A DNA stretch of 60,459 nucleotides, the filler included, from Dirinaria sp. TL-2023a (Eukaryota), in NCBI GenBank assembly GCA_051941275.1. It is 8 parts of 8 records of this genome, joined end to end, with 100 filler letters (N's around TTAATTAATTAA, not from the genome) between each part and the next. Parts side by side here need not be neighbours in the genome. Positions count along the whole stretch, not along the records: positions 30,301 to 37,768 come from JAVEBF010001310.1; positions 37,869 to 45,334 come from JAVEBF010001311.1; positions 45,435 to 52,898 come from JAVEBF010001312.1; 5 more parts are not named here. The stretch is one strand, 5' to 3'. Shown one piece after another: positions 36,245 to 48,516 of this stretch. The notes below the pieces were generated by a model that saw only the letters and a program-made list of their open reading frames with translations, was not told the DNA's origin and ran no database searches. The translations under genes were made by a program, and so were the position numbers. How positions within the stretch are numbered: the stretch's first letter is position 1; each line of letters starts with the position of its first letter.

Positions 36245-37087
36245 TCACCTTCCCAACAAGGCCAAACCCTTCCCCAGCTTCTTCACCCGTATCACATCTC
36301 GAAAAGTCAAGCTCAGCCTCGTTTCTCTCATACTCCTCCCTCCCTCAGCCTCTACCGCCATCTTGGTCTCCTCCCTCAAAAGATCCCAATTCCCTACCCC
36401 ACCGTCTCCACGCACAAGATCCTCATCAACCTTCACACTCTCGATACTGTGCAAACAACCCTTATACATCTCACCCATCGTGATCAGCAAACTCCTCGGC
36501 TCCTGCAGAAGCCTCCATCTCGGTTTCTGTTCGATTTGGCCCGACGCCGATTTCGGATGCACGTTATACACAATACTACTCCCAAGACTCACGGTGCAGA
36601 CGACAGGGTGATAGGCGTCTCCGTCTTCATGCGGGAAGATGCCTTGGCCGGGGGTATACTCGTTGATGAGAACGTGATTCGGTGCTCCGTGCGGTGATTT
36701 CTCAAACACCCTTTCTCCTTCTCCTTCTTCTCCTCCTCCTTCTATTTCCCCCCCAGCAGCAGGAGCAGCAGCATCCTCTGTAGCCCTAAAGCAACGGAGC
36801 TCCAGGATCCGATTCACAATCGGCTCCCGCAACCACTTCGGCAAGGGCTGATCAAGCAGCGTGTTCGATTTCGAGAGGACAGAAGGATGGGCTTGAAGCC
36901 GGCGGTGGGAGAGGTAGCGCCATGTCGGCTGAGGCTGCGAGTTGATATGGGAGAGGAGATCGGTTTCTTCCGCCGCGGTCAGGAAGGAGGAGATATAGTA
37001 TGCTGAGCGGGGGAGGGAGGGGATGTGGAACGGTTCCAGGGAGCAGTGAGACGAGGGGTCGGTTTTTGGCGCATTCGATTCTGTCAT
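36245..37087 (-). CDS. ALKBH6: AlkB-family 2OG-Fe(II) dioxygenase, ALKBH6-like, single exon
   Basis: LSHRRLQ, PNHVLINEYTPGQGIFPHEDG (HxD), VCTVSLGS, LQEPRSLLI, LHSI, RETRLSLTFRDV. Confidence 0.88.
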   Translation of the reverse strand: MTESNAPKTDPSSHCSLEPFHIPSLPRSAYYISSFLTAAEETDLLSHINSQPQPTWRYLSHRRLQAHPSVLSKSNTLLDQPLPKWLREPIVNRILELRCFRATEDAAAPAAGGEIEGGGEEGEGERVFEKSPHGAPNHVLINEYTPGQGIFPHEDGDAYHPVVCTVSLGSSIVYNVHPKSASGQIEQKPRWRLLQEPRSLLITMGEMYKGCLHSIESVKVDEDLVRGDGGVGNWDLLREETKMAVEAEGGRSMRETRLSLTFRDVIRVKKLGKGLALLGR

Positions 37088-37480
37088 GACCACTTCAAGA
37101 TATTGGAATGGAAAAGTTTCCTGCGGGTAACGGATTTTTAGAAGGAGAAGGAGAAAAATTTGCAGGCGGAACTTTTATTTGTTTGTTTTTTTTTCAATAA
37201 GTAAATATAATGTAGAACCTAGGTAAAGAGTAAATAGTAACAGTAGAAAGTCACCTCAATACATATCCTCCTCCTCCCTTCACCAACTTCAACAAGCTCC
37301 CTATTCTCAAAATACCTTATCTTATCACATCGAAAACCCTCAATCATAGGCTGTCCTGTTGTGAGAATCTACCTCACTTCACACCATTAGGTATTGATAG
37401 ATTAAGTTCTCATGCCATTATCATTTACAAATGCTATGTCGGATGTTACAGCTCCACTCGGCCCGTAACACTTCCCACCC

Positions 37481-37768
37481 CCAACATCCAACGCTTAAAA
37501 CCCTGGATTAGGACTAGCAGTAAAGAAAGGCGCTAGTACAGATACAGGCTTTTGGTTTTGGAGTGTCAGAATCTACGCGTCTTGGTTACCTTACTTCCAG
37601 TGGTGTGACTGGAGCTAGTACAGATTAAGGTTTTCTGGTCATGAATGTTGGAGTACGACCGTGTCGAGAACTGTTAGTCTGTTACAAAAAATGTATTTAA
37701 CAAAATGACGTAAGAATCCGCACTAAGACAAATTGAGATTTCTGATTATGAATGTCGGAGACAGGCTG
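37481..37768. repeat. Four degenerate copies of a ~40-45-bp motif (one inverted, three direct)
   Basis: GCTAGTACAGAT...GG(C/T)TTT...GA(A/G)TGT copies at 37532, 37614 and 37722 (more degenerate); reverse-complement copy at 37481-37518. Confidence 0.55.
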
Positions 37769-37868
37769 NNNNNNNNNNNNNNNNNNNNNNNNNNNNNNNN
37801 NNNNNNNNNNNNTTAATTAATTAANNNNNNNNNNNNNNNNNNNNNNNNNNNNNNNNNNNNNNNNNNNN
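37769..37868. other. Artificial contig-join linker
   Basis: N44-TTAATTAATTAA-N44. Confidence 0.99.
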
Positions 37869-38599
37869 GCCGTAGCCACACGTCGGCTTGACACCCACGC
37901 AACCGCAGTCTTCACAAATCTACAGCCGCGCAACATCCTCCATTACCCTGCCCATAGCCCTCATACCAACCTCATCCCAAACCCCGTACCCCAGTCTACC
38001 AGCCCTTCAAACCGCCTGCAGCACCATACCCTATCCCAATATCAAAATCGAAAAAACCTCCGTATTGAGAGTTTGCCAAGGCCATGAAGAAACTAGTCAT
38101 GTATCAGACCGCACAATAAAGGATGTACAATTTTCATTCTTTCGGATATAGATTGGATAATGATATATGTAGGTAAGAGGAGTGTGAATAGTGGGGTTTT
38201 AAAAGTTGTTGACTGCTGGGCGTAGATGGGCCGCGATGCAAGCGCGTAAATTCGTTCGCGGTCGTAATTTATTTTCTTTAACTATCCTCATTCGAGGAAT
38301 ATATCTAAATATACACTTTTTAAAATGTTGTTACCAGCCTTTACTCCCACAGTCAGATGAAAATATTCGCTGCGCCAATCAATTTATTTGCGCAGCGTGT
38401 ATCCTCCCACTCCCCTCTCCCCATCGGCCGCGTCCTAATGTGCACTAGTCTCGTTGCGCCCGTCTCCGAATATTATCCTGCTTCTCGGTTTCCCACTTCG
38501 ACCTATGGAAGGGGTCAAGCTGGGTTTTCTATACGATTACTAAGTCTCCTTTAAATACTCTCATGTCATGTTATGAGTCGGAGGAAGGGGTGTGTATAG

Positions 38600-41500
38600 G
38601 AAGGGAGACTGAGTTTGGAAATTGAGAATACGGTTAGGGGGACTTGGGGAAAGCTTTCTTATTAATTTGGTTTGTTTTTAATTTCACTAATGGATCTTAG
38701 ATTTTCTATCAATTATTCGATCTGCTTCATGTTGCTGGAGGAGCGATCCTCTTGAGAATTTTATCATTTTTATTCGTTCAGATCTCGTTGTACTTTCTCA
38801 CGAGGTCATTCGTCTTAGATTCTGGACTCGAAGGAAGCCAAATGATTCAATTCTATACATCTCTATATACGTCCTTTGAGCTTCTTCATAGGACAAGTCG
38901 AAGTTTTCTTATTTGCTATCTATCACATACCACTCAAGTGCAGATCTGAAGTGGTGATATAAGGGCTCGCTTTAGGTGTAGTAACCAGAACACCCATTCG
39001 GATTTGTAGACTAGTATCCCAGTCTAAATATCCGAGAAACGCATTATGCTCTTCTAACTAGAATATCGACGTAGACTGCTCAATATCAGAAATCAAAATC
39101 CCTCTCTTTTTCTGGTTTCTGTTTGCGTTCCCCAATGTGTATGGATGGGTTTAGGAAGAAAATATGAGTTCAGCATACGGACGACGCGAAATAGCGCCCT
39201 CGATGAAATTTAGCGTCTCATCAATCAAAAATGGCTGGGTTTGGTCTAATTATCTGACATCAAACAAGTATATTCAGAATTCCAAGTGCATCTATGCAAG
39301 AATGCGCGTGAGGTATCGGGATGATTGAAAAAAAAAAAACTTCAACCGCTATCGCGGCCACGCTTACTTCATGACTGAAATAAGTCGACAAGGTGAGAAT
39401 CTGAGGCTCGATCAGCAGCGTAGAGGGTCGTCAGAGTTGCGGGGGGTTTGTGTGAAGGTTTTTTTTCTGAGGGGCATATTTGGAGAAACTCGTCGAGTTC
39501 TCTCAAGATGTAACCGGATTAAGATAATGAGATAGTTGAGCTATCGAAGTTGAATCGAAATTCACGAACGCCTCAAGAAAATTTCAAAAAGATCAGAGAG
39601 GCGACGACGAGGTGCACGCAAGCGAAAAGAGCGATCTCGATGCTGTAATAGTAATTTAGCGAACATGTTCGAGAAGACAATCACAACTTATGTCAAACAA
39701 CGACAAAATAGAGCACGACAGTCATGAGAGATTGAAGAGAACAGTGAGAATCGACTCACGAGAGCTTCAGGATGCACGCAAATGAGAGAAATGATCTCGA
39801 ATCGGTCCTCTTAGTAACTGTCGGACTTTGACTGAATTTAAATAGGAATGGTGATTAACAGAGACCTCGACATCGAACGTAAAAGCGGAGGTCTCGACGA
39901 GAAACAACCTAGGATTAGAACATGAACAGAGCTTTTCAAAACAACCCAGGGTGCTGAAGCTGTTCAGAACCTCATTGAACTGGAAATTGGTGGCTAGACG
40001 CTCTATTGGATATAGATTCAGCTCAGTCATGGTAGTCAATAGTTAATTAGACAGGTGTCGTAAGAAACGCAAATTGAAAATTCCAAGTGTAAGGGAAAAA
40101 ACATGTTTAGATGCCTCGTCAATGCGTTTAATGATTTATAGTTATGGAAACAGTAGAATTATAGAATGACAGTTGAAAGTAGAAGAGTTCCTGTATAAGA
40201 AAGAGAATAAGTTTGCTCCCAGACTTAATGTTAATCTAGTACCGAAGAAAAGACGTCTTTTGCTACCTCGATCTTATTGTTCACAAGAAATGCATCATCG
40301 AGGAAGAATGTCATATATCCACAATCACTGCATTGTCTCATGAGACTCGAGAGCGATTAGCTTGGAATATTTCATGCAATGGATGCATCAAATATTATAA
40401 TTTAATCGAGACGTGGCATATATAGTGCGTTATATCGACGGGATCAAAAGAATTTGAGTAATAAGATTGAATGCGAGTAGTTGCGAAATAAAGATTTACA
40501 CTTGAATCGAAATATTTATCGTGTCAACTAGAAACGTCGTGAGAAATGCGAAAGACTTTTAACTCAGAATTGATAGTCGCGTGACATAAACTTTGTCGAC
40601 GCCGTCCCATCCAGATTTGGAGGGAAATTTGCTGGAGAATTTGGATAATCCATTCTTCTCACCTTCTTCTATTCGATTTTACACTGTGCGCAACGAGGCG
40701 CTCGAGCTTCTCTGTTTCTTGTTCTTCTAACATCTTGCTTGCCTAGAGGGTAATCAGTCGACAAGATATATTTCAAAACATGACTGAAAACTCGGTTCGC
40801 TCATTCAGATGATCGTTTCCTGATGAGAAGGCGAAACCGGACAGCGTCCAGAGTGCGTCTTTATGTTTTGACGCATATCGTGTCGTGATGGCTTTTGCCA
40901 TCATGCATGTAATGCATTAGAAAAGGGTAAATGCAAATGTCTCAGAAAAGAGTGTCGAACAACTACATGCACCAGAAGTTGCGGGAATAAGGTCGAGCTT
41001 CGCGATAAAAATAACAGCCGCAATGATATTCCTTTGCAGACAACGCACTCGAGCATTAATCAATTTTTGAATCGACATGGAAAAGGCTTGAAGCATCAGG
41101 CTAAGATATCGAAAGATCCAGTACCACTGAGCGCGTTCTGATCTGTTCTTTCGTATGACACCAATGATGGTGGAAATCTAGACACAAAGTTGAAGTATTT
41201 GTTTTCGGTAGACTTACTATCTGTGGACTACCCCTCTCTGACTGGCTCGTTCTGCCCATGTAAGCCTCGATTGAGGAAGGTGCAAATCTTGTTCCTAACA
41301 ACCATTTCCTTCCTAACAGCATCTTTTCCATAACTCACTCGTGTTCAGAGAGCGAAGATATCTCATCGCCATGGGCGAGTACCACTTTTTCGTATCATCA
41401 GCGCCGTCGGGCACTCTTCGTGGATTTGTTAATCATGGAGGTCGCGGTGACGGAGTTCATTTTCGGGGCCTCGAATCCACTGAGGTACTTCGGTACTTGC

Positions 41501-44500
41501 TTCTCTGCCACCTCATCTATATCTCTCACATCAATTCCAGGCTACGTGGCGCTTTTGGAGTTCTTCATTTGTCTCATTTCGAGCTTGACGTTCTTGTAAA
41601 TACGTTTGGGATAGGACAGAGCCCTACAAGTCCAGGTAGGATAGAGCGTTAGATAGACGTCAAAAAGGCACGCAGGGGCATACGGTTTCTGAAGTATAGC
41701 TGTCGTCGAATCTTTGATCGTTGGTCTCAATGTCCTTTTCCTGTCCTGAAGAACCTCACCGCCATTGGACTACTGACGAACCAGTCTTTGTTTGGTTTAA
41801 GCCTGCAGCAACCAAGAAGGCTTCAGATTTTCCCAAATGATCTTCAACAAGCTGTTAAAGAGAGTAAGGGACTGAACGATTGCCATGTGCCCAAATCAAT
41901 GGTTGAATATTTGATAACCTCAAACGTTCTTTGGCATAGAAAGTACCTACTAAAAGAAACGCTGCTAATTGTTCGGGAGCGTCGGATTTGCTTTGCCTAG
42001 AAGTAAAGCTTTGTGCGCAATCAATTTCAGTCATAGCTGTATAACGTCATGGATTCGTCTTTTCTCAAGTTCGAAGAGCATCAATCAAGCGTCTTGTCGT
42101 TCTTTGACAGTGTTACACAAATGCTCTTGAAGACCATGCTACCTATATGGTTCCTGGCTGGTCAATGGTTCCCACTGCTTTCCGGCATTCGCTGGAGTCT
42201 GTCATCCTCAGCCGCCTTGGCTCTGGGGCAGCTATAAGTCGGGATTGCAACAACAGACGCGACGTTTGAAATAGAAAGCGAGATTGAGAGATAATGATGC
42301 AATAACCGTAGATAAGGGGGAAAGAGCCAGAAATGTTTTTACTCTTGACTAATTTGGCCAGAGATTCTTCCCTCTGCTCGTAGTGATCATGCAGCTTGAA
42401 AGATCGTATGTTCTTATTTGTTCGCTAGATCTTCTAGACGAAAATCTGTTCTTCTGTAACACTTCAGTTCGACGTTGTGTGTAGTTTATCTTTTCAGGTT
42501 GTCGAATCTCGACTATCGCTCACATTTGAAATAGAGACTCCGAGAAAGGCTCAAGAAAACGCTTCTGAACATTCTCTATGTTTTTGCACATGTTCGCTTT
42601 GCTGACTTCTCTATTGATTATATTCAACAGTGCCAAATACAATTTTGTGCTTCCCCTGGAATTTATCGGAATTAGCTTATAGAGAAATTATTTTTGAGGC
42701 AGCGCCATTAAGTTTCTCGTATGGCAAGGAATAGAGTCGAGCTTGGTCATAGATGGAGCTATTTCACTACGAGGAGAATTTGAAATTGCTAGATCTCAAA
42801 TCTCGTCAAAATTAATGGTTGATATTGTCTCAGACAAAGCTCAGTCTGGTCAACGATGGTCTGGTCGATCCTCGATACTTCTTTTTCGAAGTTCTGAAGA
42901 ATATTAAGTGTGGAGGCTTTTGTATGTGTTAGGAGACGCAGCGACCAGATCGAGGTACGAACCACACTCTCCCAACTCGGCAGCCTTGATGATCTCCGTA
43001 TGGGCCCAGCATAGATATTAGAGCTCGATAGTGTTGAACCTACTCTTCGCTGATGTACTAAGAGCTTATGTTGTTAGACTGGAAGTTCATTTTGTTTGCT
43101 TTCGTCTTGATTGACGTTACAACACTTGTCGACTCAATTTTAATCATTAAAAGCTTTTTTCGACGATTTAATTTTTTTCTCATCGACATCTTGATTTAAG
43201 TTCGAGATTTTGTGTATATCCGATCTGATATCTCATGTTGTTGCGTGAACGATTCATATCGCTCTTAATAAGAAGACTCATGAGTCTCTTGTTCTTCTCG
43301 GTCCTCGAATCGACTGGCTTCAGAGTCGAGAAAGAACTCATAAGTTCAGCTTATACTGACCAATCCATACGATGAGTGACTGTCGACTTGCTCTTCTACA
43401 ATCCCACTGAGATCTTCCCACCAATTAAATGCGTTTCCCAATCGCCTGCTGACTGAATCTTGCTCGTATAATCAAATATAATAGAGTGATCGATGTTCCC
43501 ACGTCGACCCAATCAGCAAACCCAGGTGCGATACGTATCCACGTCGGCAGGTTACTCGATGAAAACGACGAGTCACAATCCTGAACGGTTCTGTGCTCGA
43601 CCCAACAAACCCATCGTGGTCACTACAATCCGTAAATCGCTGTCTTTCAACATTCTCAGGCGTTTTTTTCGCCACAGCTGCGGTTCTTTGCCCGTGATGA
43701 TATTAAATCCAAGTTCGGACTAGCCAGAAAGATATTAGAAGGCACTATTCGCTGCACGAGAATCAGTTGAATCGTCAAGTTGTTTAACCTCATTTCATAA
43801 TTGATCGAAAAATCGATCTTAAATGTCTTTTTCGTCATTTTGTTTATCAAAGATTTATCTTTTGTGAGTTCGTCTGACAAGAACAAATCAAAAGATGAAA
43901 TGAAAAAAAAAAAAAAAAAAAAAAAAAAATAACGAGAAAAATTTAAAATTTTGTGTTCGGCGATTACTCATTCTTGGGTCCAATGAATTGGATACTTATC
44001 GCACTTTCTCCACTCTCTCAGCGTGATCGTCCGCGATTTTCGAGTGCCTTAGCATACTTATGTCTCGTTATTCAAGGAGCTCGAGCGTTCCAATATTTGA
44101 TTCCTTAAATAAATCATTGGAATATCACGAGAATACTCATCAGCGGTCCCTTTTTTGGTTTTTGACTCTTTAAGTCTATCCTGAACCAGTGGTGTGGAAT
44201 TTGTACTTGGCCTTACCAAGGGGGAAAACTGAAACCAAGAATCAAAACAGCCTTCAAGCATTCTGAAAGGTTCACTCACTGTAGCATTTGCCCATAGATG
44301 ATTGACCAGCGTTGTAAGCTTCTCGATTCATGAAAAATGGTTCTTATGTTATAGAGCTGTTGATTATTGTTTAATTGCAATGCAGCAGTAGAATTATTGT
44401 TCAAAGATCAGTCACAGATGAGATCATTGAAGCAGAGAAGATTTTAGAACAAACGACTGCTTCTGAACCGAACGAAGCATCAGAATATGTTGTAGCGATA

Positions 44501-45334
44501 ATGTTTTCAGATTTTACTCATTTATTTCGTTCAGTTGATAATCAAACATCTTTCTTTTCAAGCCTGGGAGTGTGATCCATTTCGTTGGCCCCATCTTAAC
44601 AGAGATTCATGTTTGGCGCTGTAAAGCAAGGTTGCTGTTTGTCGCGGACATCTATTTGCCTTTCTGACTTCGTGAGAATATAGAGTTTGCAGGTCGAGAA
44701 CGTTCCAGATACGTAAATATGAGAAGAAGAAGAAATGAAAGATGAGTTCTATTGGAGTGAATCGCAGAAGGTATAGAGTATATATGAAAGGAAACCAAGT
44801 TAAATGAGAAAATTCCTGGAGCAATAAAATCTAGGTTTGAGAACTTCGAAAGAAAGTCATATAGTCAGAGAGTTCACTCTCAGTGCAACAAATAGCAACA
44901 AAGCCCTAGTTAAGCAGCGATTGGGTCGCTCTCCACAAATCTCTTTTGTCTCTCGAGTGTGATGAACTGATGGCGGTATTAAGCCGCGCTGATCAAATGT
45001 CAGTCATTATCTGATTGTACCAAGGGGATATTCTACTTACGGTTCTACTCCTTGCGCACGCACTAAACATGGACCATGAGCAGTATTGTATCAGGTCTAG
45101 TCTCCGCTGCTCGATAGATACTAGAAAATGTTTTCGATGTCGATGATAAAGTCTTCACGCGCTTGCTGACACGATAAAAATGTTCGAACTCACGTTCATC
45201 TTTTCCATATGAGACATCAAGTCGTTTTATGTTTTTCTCAATGAATGAGAATTTCTCATTAAAACGTCTCGTTGCGATTTCTTTGAAATCATGTGTCGTG
45301 TAAAAAAGATTCGCTGAAATGTCTTTAATCATTG
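38600..45334. other. AT-rich DNA with no recognisable gene and patchy CC/GG depletion (probable hypermutated repeat or pseudogene relic)
   Basis: No ORF longer than about 100 aa and none recognisable. Several 125-220-bp stretches contain 0-1 CC/GG dinucleotides while CpG is abundant. Confidence 0.65.
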
Positions 45335-45434
45335 NNNNNNNNNNNNNNNNNNNNNNNNNNNNNNNNNNNNNNNNNNNNTTAATTAATTAANNNNNNNNNN
45401 NNNNNNNNNNNNNNNNNNNNNNNNNNNNNNNNNN
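45335..45434. other. Artificial contig-join linker
   Basis: N44-TTAATTAATTAA-N44. Confidence 0.99.
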
Positions 45435-46146
45435 CCCAAAAGCATGTTAGAGCGAAAAGGCACCTTATTCTCGAATGAAACATAATAAATCACTCCATAA
45501 AACAAATTCGATACGTGCATATTTTTTAAATTCTTTTTTATCTACCTTACCTTATCTACCTACCAGCCAAGATAGATGAAGAAGCAGAGCGAGCCAGCGA
45601 GCCAATAAAAGTGGTGTAAAAAAAAATTTTTTTTTTAATGGTATCTATCTTAACGCGTACTATATGTATGTGTGCAAATCTTACGTACATACAACAAGTT
45701 GTGCCCCCTTTTTTCTCCCCTGGAACAGACCGACCCAAAGCCAGACGGGGGGAGGGGTGAGGGGTATTGATCGTGACCTCAGCAAGCTACATGTAGGTAG
45801 GATTTGGACATTTCATTTTTATGTCGACAATACCGATTGAGATGAGGGAAAAAATAAAAACAGAGCAGGAGCAACAAGATAAAATGACAAAAATTTGTCG
45901 CCGATGGATACAAACTTTTTATGCGCGGACCTCTCTCCGTCTGTATGTCTGTATATCTGTATGCATGAAGCAGTAGAAGAAAAAAGAAGACCGATGCCTG
46001 TTTTCGCCTAAACGCTCCTCGTGGTGGGTTGAAGAGAGCGGACTATGCTCTAAGGTGCGGGGCCTCTTGTTTTTGGTTAACGCCATGCAATGCAATTCTT
46101 CATGTACCTCCTACATCATGTAGGCAGGTAGGAACTTTTTGAGGTC

Positions 46147-48516
46147 TCAATTCAAGAGCCCTTCCATGCTCTGCGGCACCGAGGTGGGGCTCACAATCTC
46201 CTCGCTCAGCCTCTTCAACCTGCCTCTTCCGCATTGCGTCTCTGTCGCCTTCTCCACATCAATCACTAGATGTGGTGGTGCGAACGGGTCATGCGGTGAC
46301 CCGGCCGATAACTGTTGTTCATTTCTCCTCTTGCTCGTCTTGGTGAAGAGGAGCTTTGCAGGAGCTGTTGCTGTATGCTTCGCGGATGCAAATCCGGATT
46401 TTTGGTGATGTACTGGAGGTGGAAGGATGAATTTCTCGTAATATGGTCGCGAGGGGCTCGTCTGTGTGACCACAAAATCAGGAGAAGGCGGGGTGACGGA
46501 CCGCTCCCAGTGCGGCCGCGATGGGGTTGTCTGCACTATCGTAAATCCAGGGGAAAGTGGTGGTGGGGATCCTTCAAACAAGTTGATAGTATTCGTACAC
46601 TGTGCTTGACCATTCGGTTGGGAAGGTAGATCTGGGGAAACAGGTTTGATCGCGGGTAACGCTTCGGGCTCAAAGTTCTCATCAAGTGACTCGATAGAAA
46701 TTGACCTCTGCTGCTCACGTTTTTCAATAGAGAGCCGTATCGGATTCCTTTCCTTCAGCGGCAGACCCAATAATGTCGTCTGAATAGGAGGGGGTGGTCT
46801 ATATGGTTGGGTTCCATCGTGCAAATTATCCATCATAGGTTTGGCCAAGCGTGAACCTTCATCCTCGCTGAGGATATCTTGCTTCGGAGTTTGTGACTTT
46901 GCAAGGATTTTTTGCGATGCAGAAGGATTTTGTAGAGGTTTAGTAGTTTTGAAAGTGGTGGTGATCTTAGCATTTGTTGGTTTGACAGCTGCTAATGGTT
47001 TCTTAGCCTTGGGAGGCTTCTTTTTGGCTGGCTTGGAGATCTTGTTGTTGCCGGCCAAAGGACGGGATAGTCCAGACTTGAATGTGTCGGTAGCTGACTT
47101 CGCAATCTCCTTCACGGCTGGCATTTTGACAGCGATCTTCGGTTGCGTTGGTGCCTCCAGGGACTTGGACCGTGGGCTCGCGGCCGGTGTCAGTAAGGAC
47201 GAAGCGATTTTCTTCTTCGCTGGTGTTTCGATGACGACCCTGACGTCCGGGTTTCGTGCCTTGGCCCTCTCGGTATCAGATTCTGTACACTCCTGGTAAT
47301 CGACGCTGTGATCGTCCCATCGTTTCATATTGGCATGTGCAGCTACGTTATCACATTCCCCTTCCACGACCAGGTCCCAGCAATCCTCGAATTCTTTTCC
47401 TGACGGGGGAGGTTCGAGATTGATCCAGACAGACAGGCCATCTCTCCTACTCCTTACCACCCCGCACATCTCTCTTACTATTCTCTTCAAGCCAGGTACT
47501 TTCATGCTAGTCCCAACAACAATGACAGCATCTGGTCGAGTTCTGAGGTCTGCGCTTACCACAGTCCCAATCGCTTCCTCATCGGGATTATGTTCGTTAT
47601 ACAGCACCATCCGAGGTCGGAGCCTCCCTATCCCATGGCTTCGTTTGCCGGCATGGTCAGTCCGTACTTTGTCTGTTTCTATGCATACCGGGCAAGGAGG
47701 CGCTACAGATCCGTTGAAGAGGGCCGGTTCGAGGTCGGATACATGATTGCATTTCGAGCAGACCATTTTTTCTATTGCACCGTGTAGTTGTACTGTTCGC
47801 GGCCACGGTCCTTTATTGCTGAGAGGGTAAGTGGTCTGTAAAGGAGGTAGCGACGTCTCGAGTCCGTCAACGTTCTGTGTGTAAAGGCGCATCAGTCGGC
47901 CTTCAGCCGCCAGTCTAGCGATGAGATGGTGAAATGCAGTAGGTTTGGCAGCTGCGACCTTCTCGGAGAGCGAGCGGACCATATTGTGAAATTCTGCAGT
48001 TGAGGCATCAGTTTGATAGACAGAGGCATCGAATAGGTCTTTCCCCGAGGAACGGAGCTTGTGCTCAGTTCGAAGGGTCGCAAACAGGCCCTCAGAAGAG
48101 CGGAAGTCGGGAACTGGTTTCAAGTCAGTGAGCAGATAGGACTGGCAGGCGGGGAAATACATACTGCCAGCAGACACCGAAATTCCAGCTCCTGCGATGA
48201 CCACGATTTTTCTTCGTTTTCGAAGTAATTTCAGCAGGAGAGCCAATTGCGCTCGCTGATCGTTGGGGAGGCTAGTGGGGGATGCCAGAGACAAGTGTTG
48301 GGTGGTCCTTGGCTTTGGTTCAACCTTTCGTCGTTTTTTCGCTGGGGGCGCATCTTCACCCTCCCGAGGTCGCTTGTCGGAAGGCTTCTCGATCGCACTG
48401 GGCGAATAGTCTTGGGATGGGGGTGGAGATGGATACTCTGGCGGGGGTGAGAGAGAACCGACGGAGCTGAGTCCGGAGGATAGCGACGACAGCTCCGAAG
48501 AGCTGGGGCTGTTCAT
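46147..48516 (-). CDS. HST4: NAD-dependent sirtuin deacetylase of the Hst3/Hst4 class; 2 exons (intron 48164-48114)
   Basis: IVVIAGAGISVSAG-IPDFRS, RLYTQNVDG, QLHG, zinc ligands CSKC...CPVC, RLRPRMVLYNE, VVGTSMKVPG, and a long disordered C-terminus. Confidence 0.9.
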   Translation of the reverse strand: MNSPSSSELSSLSSGLSSVGSLSPPPEYPSPPPSQDYSPSAIEKPSDKRPREGEDAPPAKKRRKVEPKPRTTQHLSLASPTSLPNDQRAQLALLLKLLRKRRKIVVIAGAGISVSAGSMYFPACQSYLLTDLKPVPDFRSSEGLFATLRTEHKLRSSGKDLFDASVYQTDASTAEFHNMVRSLSEKVAAAKPTAFHHLIARLAAEGRLMRLYTQNVDGLETSLPPLQTTYPLSNKGPWPRTVQLHGAIEKMVCSKCNHVSDLEPALFNGSVAPPCPVCIETDKVRTDHAGKRSHGIGRLRPRMVLYNEHNPDEEAIGTVVSADLRTRPDAVIVVGTSMKVPGLKRIVREMCGVVRSRRDGLSVWINLEPPPSGKEFEDCWDLVVEGECDNVAAHANMKRWDDHSVDYQECTESDTERAKARNPDVRVVIETPAKKKIASSLLTPAASPRSKSLEAPTQPKIAVKMPAVKEIAKSATDTFKSGLSRPLAGNNKISKPAKKKPPKAKKPLAAVKPTNAKITTTFKTTKPLQNPSASQKILAKSQTPKQDILSEDEGSRLAKPMMDNLHDGTQPYRPPPPIQTTLLGLPLKERNPIRLSIEKREQQRSISIESLDENFEPEALPAIKPVSPDLPSQPNGQAQCTNTINLFEGSPPPLSPGFTIVQTTPSRPHWERSVTPPSPDFVVTQTSPSRPYYEKFILPPPVHHQKSGFASAKHTATAPAKLLFTKTSKRRNEQQLSAGSPHDPFAPPHLVIDVEKATETQCGRGRLKRLSEEIVSPTSVPQSMEGLLN

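Noticed and set aside
37869..38151. Open + frame at the start of contig 6
   Set aside because: C/A-rich low-complexity sequence; could be a truncated 3' exon but has no identifiable motif.
44375..44575. EYVVAIMFSDFTHL faintly resembles a Plavaka-type transposase motif (LMFWSDATHL)
   Set aside because: Short, needs a gap, and has no flanking conserved blocks; only an HMM search could rescue it.
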